DNA of 64,000 nucleotides from a virus (lineage: Duplodnaviria > Caudoviricetes). The position numbers were made by a program, and so were the translations under genes. Of the stretch, positions 44,360 through 54,044 are shown in pieces (the first letter of the stretch is position 1; each line of letters opens with the position of its first letter). Location: IMG/VR virus record IMGVR_UViG_3300029913_000001. One strand, given 5' to 3'. The notes below the pieces were generated by a model. It was not told the DNA's origin. It did not search any database and saw nothing but the letters and a program-made list of their open reading frames with translations.

Positions 44360-44773
44360 TCACAGTTTAATTTCTACCGGGTGGCCAAATTCGTTATAAA
44401 ATCGTACACGACGAACACCAGAAAGTTTAATCAAATCCATACAATGCTTGCACGGCCGAGAACATCCAGGTCGTTCGGCGGTTTTACGCGAATTCATATT
44501 CGTGCGAGAAATATATAGAATCAAATTATTCGGCCGATCATAATGAAATCTACGAACAAGTGCCATCATTTCAGCGTGAACATTTCCATTATAGGTTGAA
44601 GAGGACGAACGAGGGGTCGTTTTACCCCAAATATTGTGGCCGACTGAAAGCAAATTCGAACCAGCGTAAAGAGCTGCTCCCAACTGATAACCTACCTGCG
44701 GGCCGTTACTCAACAAACTCGCAGCTTTTGCTGCATCGAAACCTCTTTGCCAACTACCAGACAATGACGGCAT
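44360..44773 (-). CDS. Cytidine/dCMP-deaminase-like zinc protein
   Basis: HAEMMAL ... SRPCKHC. Confidence 0.85.
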   Translation of the reverse strand: MPSLSGSWQRGFDAAKAASLLSNGPQVGYQLGAALYAGSNLLSVGHNIWGKTTPRSSSSTYNGNVHAEMMALVRRFHYDRPNNLILYISRTNMNSRKTAERPGCSRPCKHCMDLIKLSGVRRVRFYNEFGHPVEIKL

Positions 44774-44789
44774 TCAACCCTTTCTACAG

Positions 44790-45023
44790 TTACGAATTCG
44801 TTTGATCCTTCACCGCGGCCAAAATAGCATGGGCCAGCGCAGTCGCCATTTCTGTACTAAGATTAAAATCGACCGGTCCCCAAAAACCTCGAGACGCATC
44901 ATCTGGCGTACAAATACGAATAGTATTGAGACTATCGCAATCCGGTACAACTTGAAAATGGGCACCGTCTGCACAGATATCTTCGGAATAAATGTTACGT
45001 ACTACTTCAATTTCTACCGGCAT
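44790..45023 (-). CDS. Hypothetical protein
   Basis: 77 aa ORF. Confidence 0.55.
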   Translation of the reverse strand: MPVEIEVVRNIYSEDICADGAHFQVVPDCDSLNTIRICTPDDASRGFWGPVDFNLSTEMATALAHAILAAVKDQTNS

Positions 45024-45245
45024 ACTCGATCTCCCTTATCGTCAATTCCAAATTTTGTTTTCAACTTTTCACATTCGATATCGCCAAATTGTCGGCGATA
45101 TGTAGCCAAAATGTATCGAGTTTTCATCTTTTGAAACTTGATCCTACACGAAAGCACAAACCATTTTATCCTATAATTATAGAATTAATCCTATAATAGG
45201 CAATCAGCACCCGAAGTGTGAATTTTTCAATCACTGTGTTCTCCT

Positions 45246-45284
45246 CACTGAAATAATTATAGCAAATCCCCCGGGGGAAGTCAA
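45246..45284 (-). promoter_or_regulatory. Conserved early promoter, copy 2
   Basis: TTGACT-17-TATAAT with the identical 21-bp core. Confidence 0.85.
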
Positions 45285-45340
45285 CCGAAATAAGTCCTTT
45301 AAAATCAGCAAAGTTAAGTCCTTTGTTTTCAAGGCACAAA

Positions 45341-45595
45341 TTAATAGGATAATTGGATGAGTAACGCATCGTTTTCGGTTATTTTTTCAATATTTTTAGA
45401 GGATCGACTTTTCATTACAAAATCTATATTAGGAGAATCTAAAACGGCAATTTCATTTTCTCCATAATAATCATACGCAGCGGTGAAACGAATATTCTCA
45501 ACATCCAATATTTTTCCTATTCGAATCGATGCACCCGGCGAATTATATTTAACCCAATCACCCTTGACAATTAAATTACCGAATTTATCCGTCAT
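45341..45595 (-). CDS. Small beta-barrel-like protein with C-terminal helix
   Basis: DKFGNLIVKGDWVKY ... KITENDALLIQLSY. Confidence 0.6.
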   Translation of the reverse strand: MTDKFGNLIVKGDWVKYNSPGASIRIGKILDVENIRFTAAYDYYGENEIAVLDSPNIDFVMKSRSSKNIEKITENDALLIQLSY

Positions 45596-45610
45596 TATTT
45601 TACCTCATTA

Positions 45611-45644
45611 AAATAGGGAGGCTTTAAAAAGCCTCCCTATTTTA
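45611..45644. terminator. Intrinsic terminator
   Basis: aaaatagggaggc-tttaaaaa-gcctccctatttt. Confidence 0.75.
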
Positions 45645-45653
45645 TATCGAGAT

Positions 45654-46244
45654 TTACTTCTTGTGCCGGAGCTGGAGTGCATCCGCTTCGTGCTTCTGAA
45701 AGTCGGTTGTGGTCTTGCCGGACGTCAGAATGGCAAAATCGTCCTGCGATCCATAAGGAATGCCTACACGTAAATGAGGATAATGACCAATCATATTATA
45801 AAATCGGCCAGCCGTGGTTGCGGTAATATATTGATTATACGACTGTTTAAGACTAATAATTCGAGTTTGACTGGTTGAAAACGTGCTATGAAATTCCTCA
45901 ATCTTTTCCTGCACAGCTCGATACAAACTGGGATCAAGATTCGGATTGCTTTCCTTAATAAATTGGAGAACTGCCTGGGAACCGCTTGCTCCGTATCGGC
46001 CAGTAAGAGCAGCTTGCCAAACGGACTTCATATCATCCGTATAATTATCCGGCACCTGGGAAGTTTCCATCACTTCCTTCCAGCCGTTATCATACACATT
46101 CTTCATCTGTTCATATTGTGCAGGAATATCTGCTTCAAACTTATTAGCCTCATTGCTCCAACTAATATATCCGATAAGCAAGACTCCCACACATACCAAA
46201 GGAACTAATACGATTACCGCTAATCCAATTAATACATTCTTCAT
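45654..46244 (-). CDS. LemA-like membrane-anchored protein
   Basis: N-terminal TM, then YISWSNEANKFE, helical body, GRYG..GS.A..Q.I.E.NP. Confidence 0.65.
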   Translation of the reverse strand: MKNVLIGLAVIVLVPLVCVGVLLIGYISWSNEANKFEADIPAQYEQMKNVYDNGWKEVMETSQVPDNYTDDMKSVWQAALTGRYGASGSQAVLQFIKESNPNLDPSLYRAVQEKIEEFHSTFSTSQTRIISLKQSYNQYITATTAGRFYNMIGHYPHLRVGIPYGSQDDFAILTSGKTTTDFQKHEADALQLRHKK

Positions 46245-46274
46245 AATTTTCTCTCTTTCTTCAAAGGTTAAAGA

Positions 46275-46589
46275 TTATTTTCTTTCAACTGGTTCGTGGC
46301 AAAATAAACAATTATCATGACAGGAATCGTCACAATCATTATATACGCATATTCCTAATGGACCAGGGCATCCCCAAGTACGGTCAGTTACCAATTCCTC
46401 TTTATTTTCGCCGAGCAAAACTGCCGCTCGGGAAAGTAAAATATTATTTGCTTCGTTTTCTTTAGAATTCGCTAGCAGCAAAATTCTATACGATTCCTTG
46501 CGTAAAACACTGGCTTCGTCTAAAAGAAGTTGCACATCGGTCGCTATCGGTGTTGCCGTTGGTTCCTTACGTTGTCTAGCCATTGTCAT
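46275..46589 (-). CDS. Hypothetical protein with a Cys-rich C-terminus
   Basis: WGCPG.LGICVY..C..CLFCHEP.ERK. Confidence 0.6.
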   Translation of the reverse strand: MTMARQRKEPTATPIATDVQLLLDEASVLRKESYRILLLANSKENEANNILLSRAAVLLGENKEELVTDRTWGCPGPLGICVYNDCDDSCHDNCLFCHEPVERK

Positions 46590-47649
46590 CCTCAGTCGCT
46601 ATCATTTTAATTACGGGATAGGCAATGCTAACTAAAATACTGAGAACAAAAATAATTGTCATTGCTTTTCGAGACGGCTGATATGCACGAATAAGATATT
46701 TCATATCTTTCATATGCATTCGAACAAAATGGTCTCGAGTGGTATTGAAAATTGCATAATTAATCTGATTTCGCTGATCAAGTGTTCCGATATCCAAAAT
46801 CTGATTCTTCAATGAAACTTTGAAGCTAGGATTTGTCGTCCAACTCATTACCTCAGCAAAATCAATCTTATGACCATCTTTTGAGCCAATGATAATGTCA
46901 ATATCATTTTTCTTGCCGCCGAGCCACGCATCCTTAAGGGCAGCAACATAATCTCGATCTGCTAAAGGAACAAGAATTAAAATAATATTCGCTTGCTTCA
47001 TCGGCCCTAAAATCTTGTTATCCTCGCGGATCAACCAATTCCAGGTCGAAGCATCCAAATTAGGAATCATGTTAATTACTGGATCATGCTGATAATAATC
47101 GTAAACATGATCCGGATACTTTGGAATCCATTGCTTATATTTTTCTACGTCGCCAGTGGTGCCAAGTAGAACACTATCCGGATTTGCCTGAATATAATTA
47201 ACAAATGAATGGGTACTTGAAAAGGGCTGACCGATATATGCGCTACCCCAACGAGCAGGCATATTTAATCCTTGCCGATCAACTCGACTGATAACAACGG
47301 ATTCCCCGGTAGTTGATTTTACTGCCCAGTCAATATCGTAATCATGCTCGTAGCAGGTAGAACAATGAAGAGTAGTATTTCCATCTTTGTCACTCGTAGT
47401 ATAACAATTGCAATCATAACTATGCGAACAACTCACATGATACGACGACTTCGAGCTTACCTTACCATTCCATACTTCGGTATCGGTGATGCTAGATTGA
47501 TAACATACCGTCAGTGCAATTCCAATGAACCCAGCAACAATAGCCGATTGAATGCAAACATCGAGCCAGCCTACCCTCTTATGCAACAGAAAATGAAGAA
47601 TCACCGCTAGCAAGAGGGGAACAATAAACAAAATTAAAAAATTAATCAT
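46576..47649 (-). CDS. Membrane protein (partner of the LemA-like gene)
   Basis: Two N-terminal TMs, DTEVWNG, CSHSYDCNC, WLGGKKND, C-terminal TM. Confidence 0.75.
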   Translation of the reverse strand: MINFLILFIVPLLLAVILHFLLHKRVGWLDVCIQSAIVAGFIGIALTVCYQSSITDTEVWNGKVSSKSSYHVSCSHSYDCNCYTTSDKDGNTTLHCSTCYEHDYDIDWAVKSTTGESVVISRVDRQGLNMPARWGSAYIGQPFSSTHSFVNYIQANPDSVLLGTTGDVEKYKQWIPKYPDHVYDYYQHDPVINMIPNLDASTWNWLIREDNKILGPMKQANIILILVPLADRDYVAALKDAWLGGKKNDIDIIIGSKDGHKIDFAEVMSWTTNPSFKVSLKNQILDIGTLDQRNQINYAIFNTTRDHFVRMHMKDMKYLIRAYQPSRKAMTIIFVLSILVSIAYPVIKMIATEDDNG

Positions 47650-47663
47650 TTTACCTTTCTACC

Positions 47664-47990
47664 TTATTCCGGTGCAAAATCATAACATTTGACGCTGACC
47701 GATTTAATTGGTTTCCGCATATGTTTCATACGATCGAATTCATCCCACGCAAAGGATTTTTCGAAGACCTTATTCAGCCGTTCGCCCACATCAACTGCCG
47801 CCCGAGTATAATTGTCGCTGATCCCTCGTTGTTTTGACCGCAACGCAAGGGAAAACAAAATTGCCTCCGCTTCACGACTATCAATGTCAATTGTAATCTG
47901 CATATTTTTCCTCGACGGATCAATCTTCGCTGCTCGGTCAGCGACCTCATTTTTAAAGAGCAGAATAAGATTTTCAAGAGTGTATTTCAT
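47664..47990 (-). CDS. Hypothetical protein
   Basis: 108 aa ORF. Confidence 0.45.
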   Translation of the reverse strand: MKYTLENLILLFKNEVADRAAKIDPSRKNMQITIDIDSREAEAILFSLALRSKQRGISDNYTRAAVDVGERLNKVFEKSFAWDEFDRMKHMRKPIKSVSVKCYDFAPE

Positions 47991-48003
47991 TAAAATTCCT
48001 TTC

Positions 48004-48204
48004 TTAGTATTCGTCGTCTACGTCAAACCGAAGTAAAAACCCATTGGTCTGAATAAATTGGTCGCCATATTCGAGACTGGCATCGAACTGATCTAAATCA
48101 AACTTCTGATCGGTCACCTGATCAGAAAACATATTTTCAACAACAGTATCTTCGCGCATGATTCCTCCGTTGGTTATTGATTCAGTTTTTTCAAAAATAC
48201 CCAA
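48004..48204 (-). CDS. Small acidic hypothetical protein
   Basis: 66 aa ORF. Confidence 0.4.
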   Translation of the reverse strand: MGIFEKTESITNGGIMREDTVVENMFSDQVTDQKFDLDQFDASLEYGDQFIQTNGFLLRFDVDDEY

Positions 48205-48497
48205 TCTGGGCTAACCCCATGTTACCTGCATTGGCCCACGCCAACAGGTTTTATCGTTTGATTTGCAGTTATCTTGAAAAAATTCCCTAGTTAGCCGCAA
48301 CCCAATTCCAGAACCATATTTCGCTTTCTCAAAATTTTTCACTTTGAATAACGCAACTTCACCTGCCGACCATACTGCGGTAACATAATCCCCAATTTCG
48401 ACAGGATGGCCGATTGCATCATCAATCTCCGAAATATTAAGTTACGTTTTCTCTGTCATGTTTAAAGTATAGCACAGCCTTCGCTTCAAATAAAGAA

Positions 48498-48992
48498 TTA
48501 TTTATACAATTCTAAATGGCCAATCGCATTTTCCAATATTTCTCGAGAAATCGGGCCAACAACGGTTGCGGTGTGCACCGTTTCGAATGTTCCGTAAACA
48601 TCTTGATTTGTATCGTAAAATTCTTCGTAGTATAGGCCGTCCCTCCCAATTAAATTCAATTGCCGATCCGATATCGTATTTTTAATTTCTGCACTAACTT
48701 TTTTTAATTCTTTGGTATTACGCACGCTTAGATCAATCGCGGTGATTTCGGTATACGGCAGAAAGCCCACGGCACTCATAAGAGCTCGAGTATTTTCGAT
48801 CTTTCGACCAATATGAAATGCCTGCGCAATCAGGCGCCCAGCACTCATCTTAACAGACTTGATATGTTCTTCATCCGAGGAATCACCCGTAAGAAGATCA
48901 TAATGTGTAACTTTTGAGGTAATCTGAACTGTTTCCGGCACCAAGATATAAAATCGCTTTTCTTCCATGTTATTCTTCTCCAATTTTAGCAA
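48498..48992 (-). CDS. Peptidyl-tRNA hydrolase 2 (Pth2)-like protein
   Basis: MSAGRLIAQAFH (compare M..GK..AQ..H), LSVRNTKEL, FYDTN, TATVVGP. Confidence 0.65.
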   Translation of the reverse strand: MLKLEKNNMEEKRFYILVPETVQITSKVTHYDLLTGDSSDEEHIKSVKMSAGRLIAQAFHIGRKIENTRALMSAVGFLPYTEITAIDLSVRNTKELKKVSAEIKNTISDRQLNLIGRDGLYYEEFYDTNQDVYGTFETVHTATVVGPISREILENAIGHLELYK

Positions 48993-49218
48993 TCAAATAA
49001 TCAAGCAGGGTAGACATTGCGCCGAGGGCTGCATTTGCCCGTAACAGTAATGATTCTAATCTTTCATTTTCTTTGCGTAATTGCATAACTTCTGCATTAC
49101 TATCGGGTGGTTGAATATATTCAGCCTCCGAAATATTATCATACGGCGGCACGACGCGCGGCTGAAAAATTGCAAGTTCTGTATCTCTATAATCACCAGC
49201 CGCGCTATTGAGAGGCAT
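48970..49218 (-). CDS. Small coiled-coil protein
   Basis: 82 aa ORF. Confidence 0.45.
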   Translation of the reverse strand: MPLNSAAGDYRDTELAIFQPRVVPPYDNISEAEYIQPPDSNAEVMQLRKENERLESLLLRANAALGAMSTLLDYLIAKIGEE

Positions 49219-49644
49219 TTATTCCATCTCCACAATAATATTTGAGTCAGCAATTTTATGCTGCTCTTTTCGTATCGACTTCGCCGAAAACAAGTTGGCA
49301 ATGTCATTCCACGTAGTTTCGTCACGCAATTCCATCGTTAAAGTCAATTTCAATTCATCACCTCAATTACAAGTATACAGTTTCGATCAGTAGATGTCAA
49401 GAAAACAGCCGTTGAAAATAAAGGACTTACAATTTATCACAGGAAAGAACCAAAAAATTTCCACTTTTCTTGCGATAAATCTTATTGATTTTAAAAGGTT
49501 TATCGACCTTTGTGGTGACGATGATTCCCGAAAAAACACCGCTGATAAATTCACGTTTTACGCGATACTTCATCTTTTTAGGCATAATTAATGATAGCAA
49601 GAATTATTCACCCTGTCAATTGGTATTTTCTTTAAAGATTTCAC

Positions 49645-49683
49645 TTGTATTCGGTGCCGGAGTTTGCTATAATTATTTCAGTG
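49645..49683 (+). promoter_or_regulatory. Conserved early promoter, copy 3 (plus strand)
   Basis: TTGTAT-17-TATAAT with the identical core, followed by an RBS and ATG 49696. Confidence 0.85.
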
Positions 49684-49695
49684 AAGGGAACAAAA

Positions 49696-49926
49696 ATGAT
49701 TACAGAGGAAGCGGCTCGTGATTTTCAGTTGGGGTTTATCGAAGGGATGATAACCGAAGCGGCAGAAAACGGAGGCACGACTATTCGTGTTACAGATCCG
49801 TTTTGGGTAGTAGATGGCCGAGTACAGAATAAAATTTTCGATATCCTTAGAAATGCAGGATACGTGGTAAAATTTAATCACATGCAAGGAGATGGGCCCG
49901 TACAGATTGTTAATATTTCCTGGTAA
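49696..49926 (+). CDS. Early hypothetical protein
   Basis: MITEEAARDF...; follows the promoter and RBS. Confidence 0.65.
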   Translation: MITEEAARDFQLGFIEGMITEAAENGGTTIRVTDPFWVVDGRVQNKIFDILRNAGYVVKFNHMQGDGPVQIVNISW

Positions 49927-49980
49927 CGAGAATTATATAAACCATGTGGGAATTGTATTGCAATTCCCACTGCTACTTCG

Positions 49981-50181
49981 ATGTGTGGAGGAATGATGGA
50001 TGAGCCTAGGTGGTTGCAGCAGAATTATTATGATGGGTTGCGTGAGGCAAAACGCCTGATTTTACAAAACGGAAATGTTCAAGATGCTCTGAGCGAGATC
50101 GATGAAGCGTTGCAGAAATCTATTCCTACACAGCTATCCGACTCATTGTCATTTGCACACCGTAAAGATCCAGTGATATAA
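49981..50181 (+). CDS. Early hypothetical protein
   Basis: GGAGG RBS; probable start MMDEPRW. Confidence 0.55.
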   Translation: MCGGMMDEPRWLQQNYYDGLREAKRLILQNGNVQDALSEIDEALQKSIPTQLSDSLSFAHRKDPVI

Positions 50182-50233
50182 CGAAAAGGATTATATACAA
50201 AACATTATATTCTATTCTTTAAATTTTATAAAC

Positions 50234-50268
50234 GAAAACGGTGAGCAGAGATGCTCACCGTTTTCGTT
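50234..50268. terminator. Bidirectional terminator between convergent genes
   Basis: aacgaaaacggtgagca-gaga-tgctcaccgttttcgtt. Confidence 0.8.
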
Positions 50269-51095
50269 TAATACATTAATTTTGCTAAAAATCGAGCTTG
50301 CGTACACGGCTGCTTAATAAACATAATTGCGCTCTTTCTTCCTTGTACTGCCAGCATTTGAACTTCTTCATCTGGATTTTTAATGAATTGAATAGCGGTT
50401 GGCGCTTTTCGTACCGCGGCTAATTGAACATCCTTACTCGCGTTAGGAAATAGTGCTATTGTTCCACCAAACTTTGTAACCATCTCCAATTGAATCTCTT
50501 CTGCCGGATTATCAATATAATGTATAGCATTCTTATTTTTTGCAATAGCCGCTCGTTGTACCTCAACACACGGATTCTTAATATATCTAATATTTTTCCC
50601 ATTTTTATTCACAGCAGCAAATTGCACAGGTAGCGATGGCGTAAAAAATTTCATTCTCTTTGGATCTTTTATAGCGCAATACTCTTGTACCGATTCTGGA
50701 ATATCTTTAAGAAATTTCAATGCGGCCATACTCTTTTTCACAGCAATTAATTGAAGAATTTCGCTAGGATTTTCGAACAATTGGAGTAATTCATAGTTTC
50801 GTTTTACTGCCAACCCGATAAGTTTATCACTGGGAGAATCAATAAATTTAATCGCATATCCTGTTTGTGATATCGCAGCGATTTTCATTTCTTCTGTTGG
50901 ATTTTCTACATAACGAATAGCAAGACCCGTTTGCGTTAGCGCGGCCAATGTTACTCGAGGAGAAGGATTCGATATGAATTCTAGAAGAAGACCATTTTTC
51001 TGAACGGCTAAAAGTTGCGCCGCTTCGGACGGAGATTTATCGATAAGAATTGAATATGGATTTTTTGGTACTCGTTTCTTTTTTGAATATGCCAT
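50268..51095 (-). CDS. Tandem ~22-aa helical repeat protein (DUF4116-like)
   Basis: About eleven repeats of the form E.Q.AAV..NG.AI.(F/Y)I.NP. Confidence 0.75.
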   Translation of the reverse strand: MAYSKKKRVPKNPYSILIDKSPSEAAQLLAVQKNGLLLEFISNPSPRVTLAALTQTGLAIRYVENPTEEMKIAAISQTGYAIKFIDSPSDKLIGLAVKRNYELLQLFENPSEILQLIAVKKSMAALKFLKDIPESVQEYCAIKDPKRMKFFTPSLPVQFAAVNKNGKNIRYIKNPCVEVQRAAIAKNKNAIHYIDNPAEEIQLEMVTKFGGTIALFPNASKDVQLAAVRKAPTAIQFIKNPDEEVQMLAVQGRKSAIMFIKQPCTQARFLAKLMY

Positions 51096-51151
51096 TGATT
51101 ACATTAGGAGACACGATTTGAAAATCGTGCCTCCTATCCTTTATTAAGATA

Positions 51152-52741
51152 TTAAGAACACTTACTTGATCCGCAACTCGCGCAATGATAGCATCCGGAT
51201 TCATATATTAACTGGCCGCCGCATTGGGTACATTTTTCGCCATCAACTTTTTCTCCATCTCGAATATATCCAGCAAGTAATTTTTTAACATGAAAAAGAA
51301 AACTAGCAAAAGTTACACCTTCAACTTTATCGAGCTCTGCAACAACATTCTTAATTCGAACGCCATGCCGTAATAATAGTCCGATAGTTCTAGCAATTTT
51401 TACACTGTTTGAATCATTGCCGCACTTTCGTACTGTTGATTCTATATATTGTGCGGGAATACCTTTTACTCGAGCTAAATTAATTAATCGATCGACCACA
51501 TCGTTCGTAGTCACCGATTTTTCTATGGCATTAGTTTGCACAAAAATTGAAATTGGTGCCTTATTGGCATTCAACCCGATTGTACAATACCATTTTCTTG
51601 ATCCGCCGGATTCATGATCTCTAAGAACTTTCATTTCGGCCGTGGTCGTATCCGGCAATTTAACATCATCTAGAATAATTTCTTCATCAGAACTTTCATC
51701 TTTTTGATCTACAGCCGAAAGAACTGAACTCATCGTTCCTGCGCGATATGTCGTAATTCCTTTTATATATCCTGTTTCAAAAGCATCAAGATAAATATTT
51801 TGAAATTTTTCAAACATATAATCACTGGGTAAATTGACAGTTTTACTACAGGCAGAGTCCGCGCACTTGCACCAACCCTTAAGGTCAGTAATATGCTCTT
51901 CAACAGATAATTGGGTGGTGGTAGCCGCCCAATCCGCAGTTGGGTCCCACTCGCCGATCTTTGAGAGATATCGAACCCCATAATCCTGGCATAACACTTC
52001 CTTTGTTAATCCTCGATTTTTATCAATTTTATAAACGGTACCATATTTATCTACGCCTCGTAAAATTTGCTCGTCGCCTTCTTGTGCAAATTTAAACATT
52101 TCCGTTTCAAAAAATTCACCTTGACTCCAAACCGGAGTAACTAATCGGATATGATCTGGCATATGTGAAACAATAACCGTTCGAGTATATTCTGGTAGGA
52201 AAGCGGGCTCAATCCCACCCGTAACAACCTGTGCTAAACAACCACTATTTCCATTCGGTTGATTCGAAAAAAGCGCCGAATTTCGTATACCATTCTTTTT
52301 CATACGATTTCGCAAGTTAACTGGTAAATCAATATTATCCCAGAAAGGACTTAATACATGATTATCTGGTTCGCATAATGGGAACATTCCCTTTTCATCG
52401 GCGAGATTTAATGAGGCTTCAACTCCGGCGTGAGTGAAAACTGTTAATAATTCATGCTGAATTTTAAGCGCCTCTTTTGATCCATATCGAATCTTCATCA
52501 TAATAAGAGAACTACCCCAGCCCATTACGCCGCATCCTATCCGCCGTTTATTTCTCATAGTACTTACATATTCGGGTAATGGTGCATCACTATACTCATT
52601 TACATTATCTAGAAAACGAACAAGGTAGCCTACATATTTTTTAACTCTATCTAAATCAAACCCAATTCTATCTTTATTTACAAATTGGGTAAGATTCATT
52701 GTGCCTAAACAGCAAACACCCCCGGGTGCTAACATTTGCTC
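51152..52741 (-). CDS. nrdJ: Class II (B12-dependent) ribonucleotide reductase, exon 2
   Basis: EQMLAPGGVCCLGTMNL, RRIGCGVMG, SNQPNGNSG, SKTVNLP, KGITTYR; C-terminal zinc ribbon. Confidence 0.9.
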   Translation of the reverse strand, partial: EQMLAPGGVCCLGTMNLTQFVNKDRIGFDLDRVKKYVGYLVRFLDNVNEYSDAPLPEYVSTMRNKRRIGCGVMGWGSSLIMMKIRYGSKEALKIQHELLTVFTHAGVEASLNLADEKGMFPLCEPDNHVLSPFWDNIDLPVNLRNRMKKNGIRNSALFSNQPNGNSGCLAQVVTGGIEPAFLPEYTRTVIVSHMPDHIRLVTPVWSQGEFFETEMFKFAQEGDEQILRGVDKYGTVYKIDKNRGLTKEVLCQDYGVRYLSKIGEWDPTADWAATTTQLSVEEHITDLKGWCKCADSACSKTVNLPSDYMFEKFQNIYLDAFETGYIKGITTYRAGTMSSVLSAVDQKDESSDEEIILDDVKLPDTTTAEMKVLRDHESGGSRKWYCTIGLNANKAPISIFVQTNAIEKSVTTNDVVDRLINLARVKGIPAQYIESTVRKCGNDSNSVKIARTIGLLLRHGVRIKNVVAELDKVEGVTFASFLFHVKKLLAGYIRDGEKVDGEKCTQCGGQLIYESGCYHCASCGSSKCS

Positions 52742-52985
52742 CATCGGTTATTTCAACGCGCTTTATCGTTGATCTCCTCATTTCTAAGGAGTGTCGGACT
52801 ATATCTTCATACTATGTATGTCGGGCGCTCGTGGTAGGATTATTGATTTAGTTTCTCACCTACTAGTCTCTACGCTTTTCAGAATACTGTTATACTATTT
52901 CTTCTGACTTAGCTCGGTATTTCCAGTTTAAAGGATTCACCGAATTCACCCAATGATTATACTGAGGCCAGCTTTACGCAATTTG
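52742..52985 (-). ncRNA. Group I self-splicing intron (244 nt, no ORF)
   Basis: P/Q/R/S elements GGGTGAATTCGGTGAA, AATACCGAG, GTAGAGACTA and AAGATATAGTCCG; the 5' exon ends in U and the intron ends in G; splicing restores NPC-G-E-Q. Confidence 0.92.
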
Positions 52986-54005
52986 ACCACAGGGATTCGT
53001 TGTCGCAATTTTCTCTAAATAATTAAGTTGATTAAATTTATTTGAACGATCTAAAAATAAAATTCCTGGTTCGTTTCTATTATAGGTTGATTGAGTAATC
53101 AAATTCCATAACCATTCAACTTTAACCGTTTGATAAATTTTAATTGGATATCCTTTTGATACCCACGATGTTAGATCCCCAAACCATTCCTTTTTATATT
53201 GCGGATGAGTAGTTTCTGGATAAACCAAATCCCAAGTAATTGCATTAATTTCATTTTGGGGTGCCCCATCACGTTTTAATTGAGATAAATTTAATACTTT
53301 TTCCATAAATTTATCGGTGCAATTGACACTCATATTAAATTTGGATAATCTGCCGGGAGTTTGTTTTGCTGTAATAAATTCAATAATGTCCGGATTCCAA
53401 ACAGACATACACAACATCTGGGCGCCTTTTCGGATTTTACCTTTTGCTTTTTTATTTAATGATTTTTTACCAGAGCCTGAAGTAATAATTTCTGAACTGC
53501 GGTCAAAGAGCTCGAAAAATTTAACAGCCCCAGGCGTTTCCACCCCTATACCATTGATAAATGTGCCGCGTGGTCGAATAAAATCTGCGACGGCTCCTGC
53601 TCCCCCTTCAGACTTAAGAGTGAATGATTGATATTTAAGATACTCTAAAATGCCTTCTAAACTATCGGCATCATATTTAGGATTCGGGAGAACAAAGCAA
53701 TTAATTAAGGTTGTTCCCTTAAATTCTGTTCCGGCATTTGCCAAAATTCTACCACCGGGAACTACTTTGAATCCTGTAAGCATATCATAAAAATTGTATG
53801 CCCATTTAACTCGTAATTCTTCTGTTGCCTCCACGCTTGCAATTGCTTTTGCAACACGCCAAAAATTATCATTAATATCGGCGTCTTTATAATCTTTATA
53901 AGTAGCAGACCAGACCTCTTCACTAAAGCTATCTTCAAATTTCGTTGTTTGTTCTGGTCTGGGGAGATAAGAAAGTCCTTTCATTGTTTCTTGTGTTGTG
54001 TTCAA
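52986..54005 (-). CDS. nrdJ: Class II ribonucleotide reductase, exon 1
   Basis: PGGRILANAG, LINCF, LKSEGG.G, RKGAQM, FNMSV, EPGILFLD, TNPCG. Confidence 0.9.
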
Positions 54006-54044
54006 AATTAAACCTCTATTTTGTATACTGAATTTGTCTTGTAT

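Noticed and set aside
51152-54005. Natural two-gene split or frameshifted RNR
   Set aside because: The gap has full group I intron signatures, and exact excision restores the NPCGEQ motif in frame.
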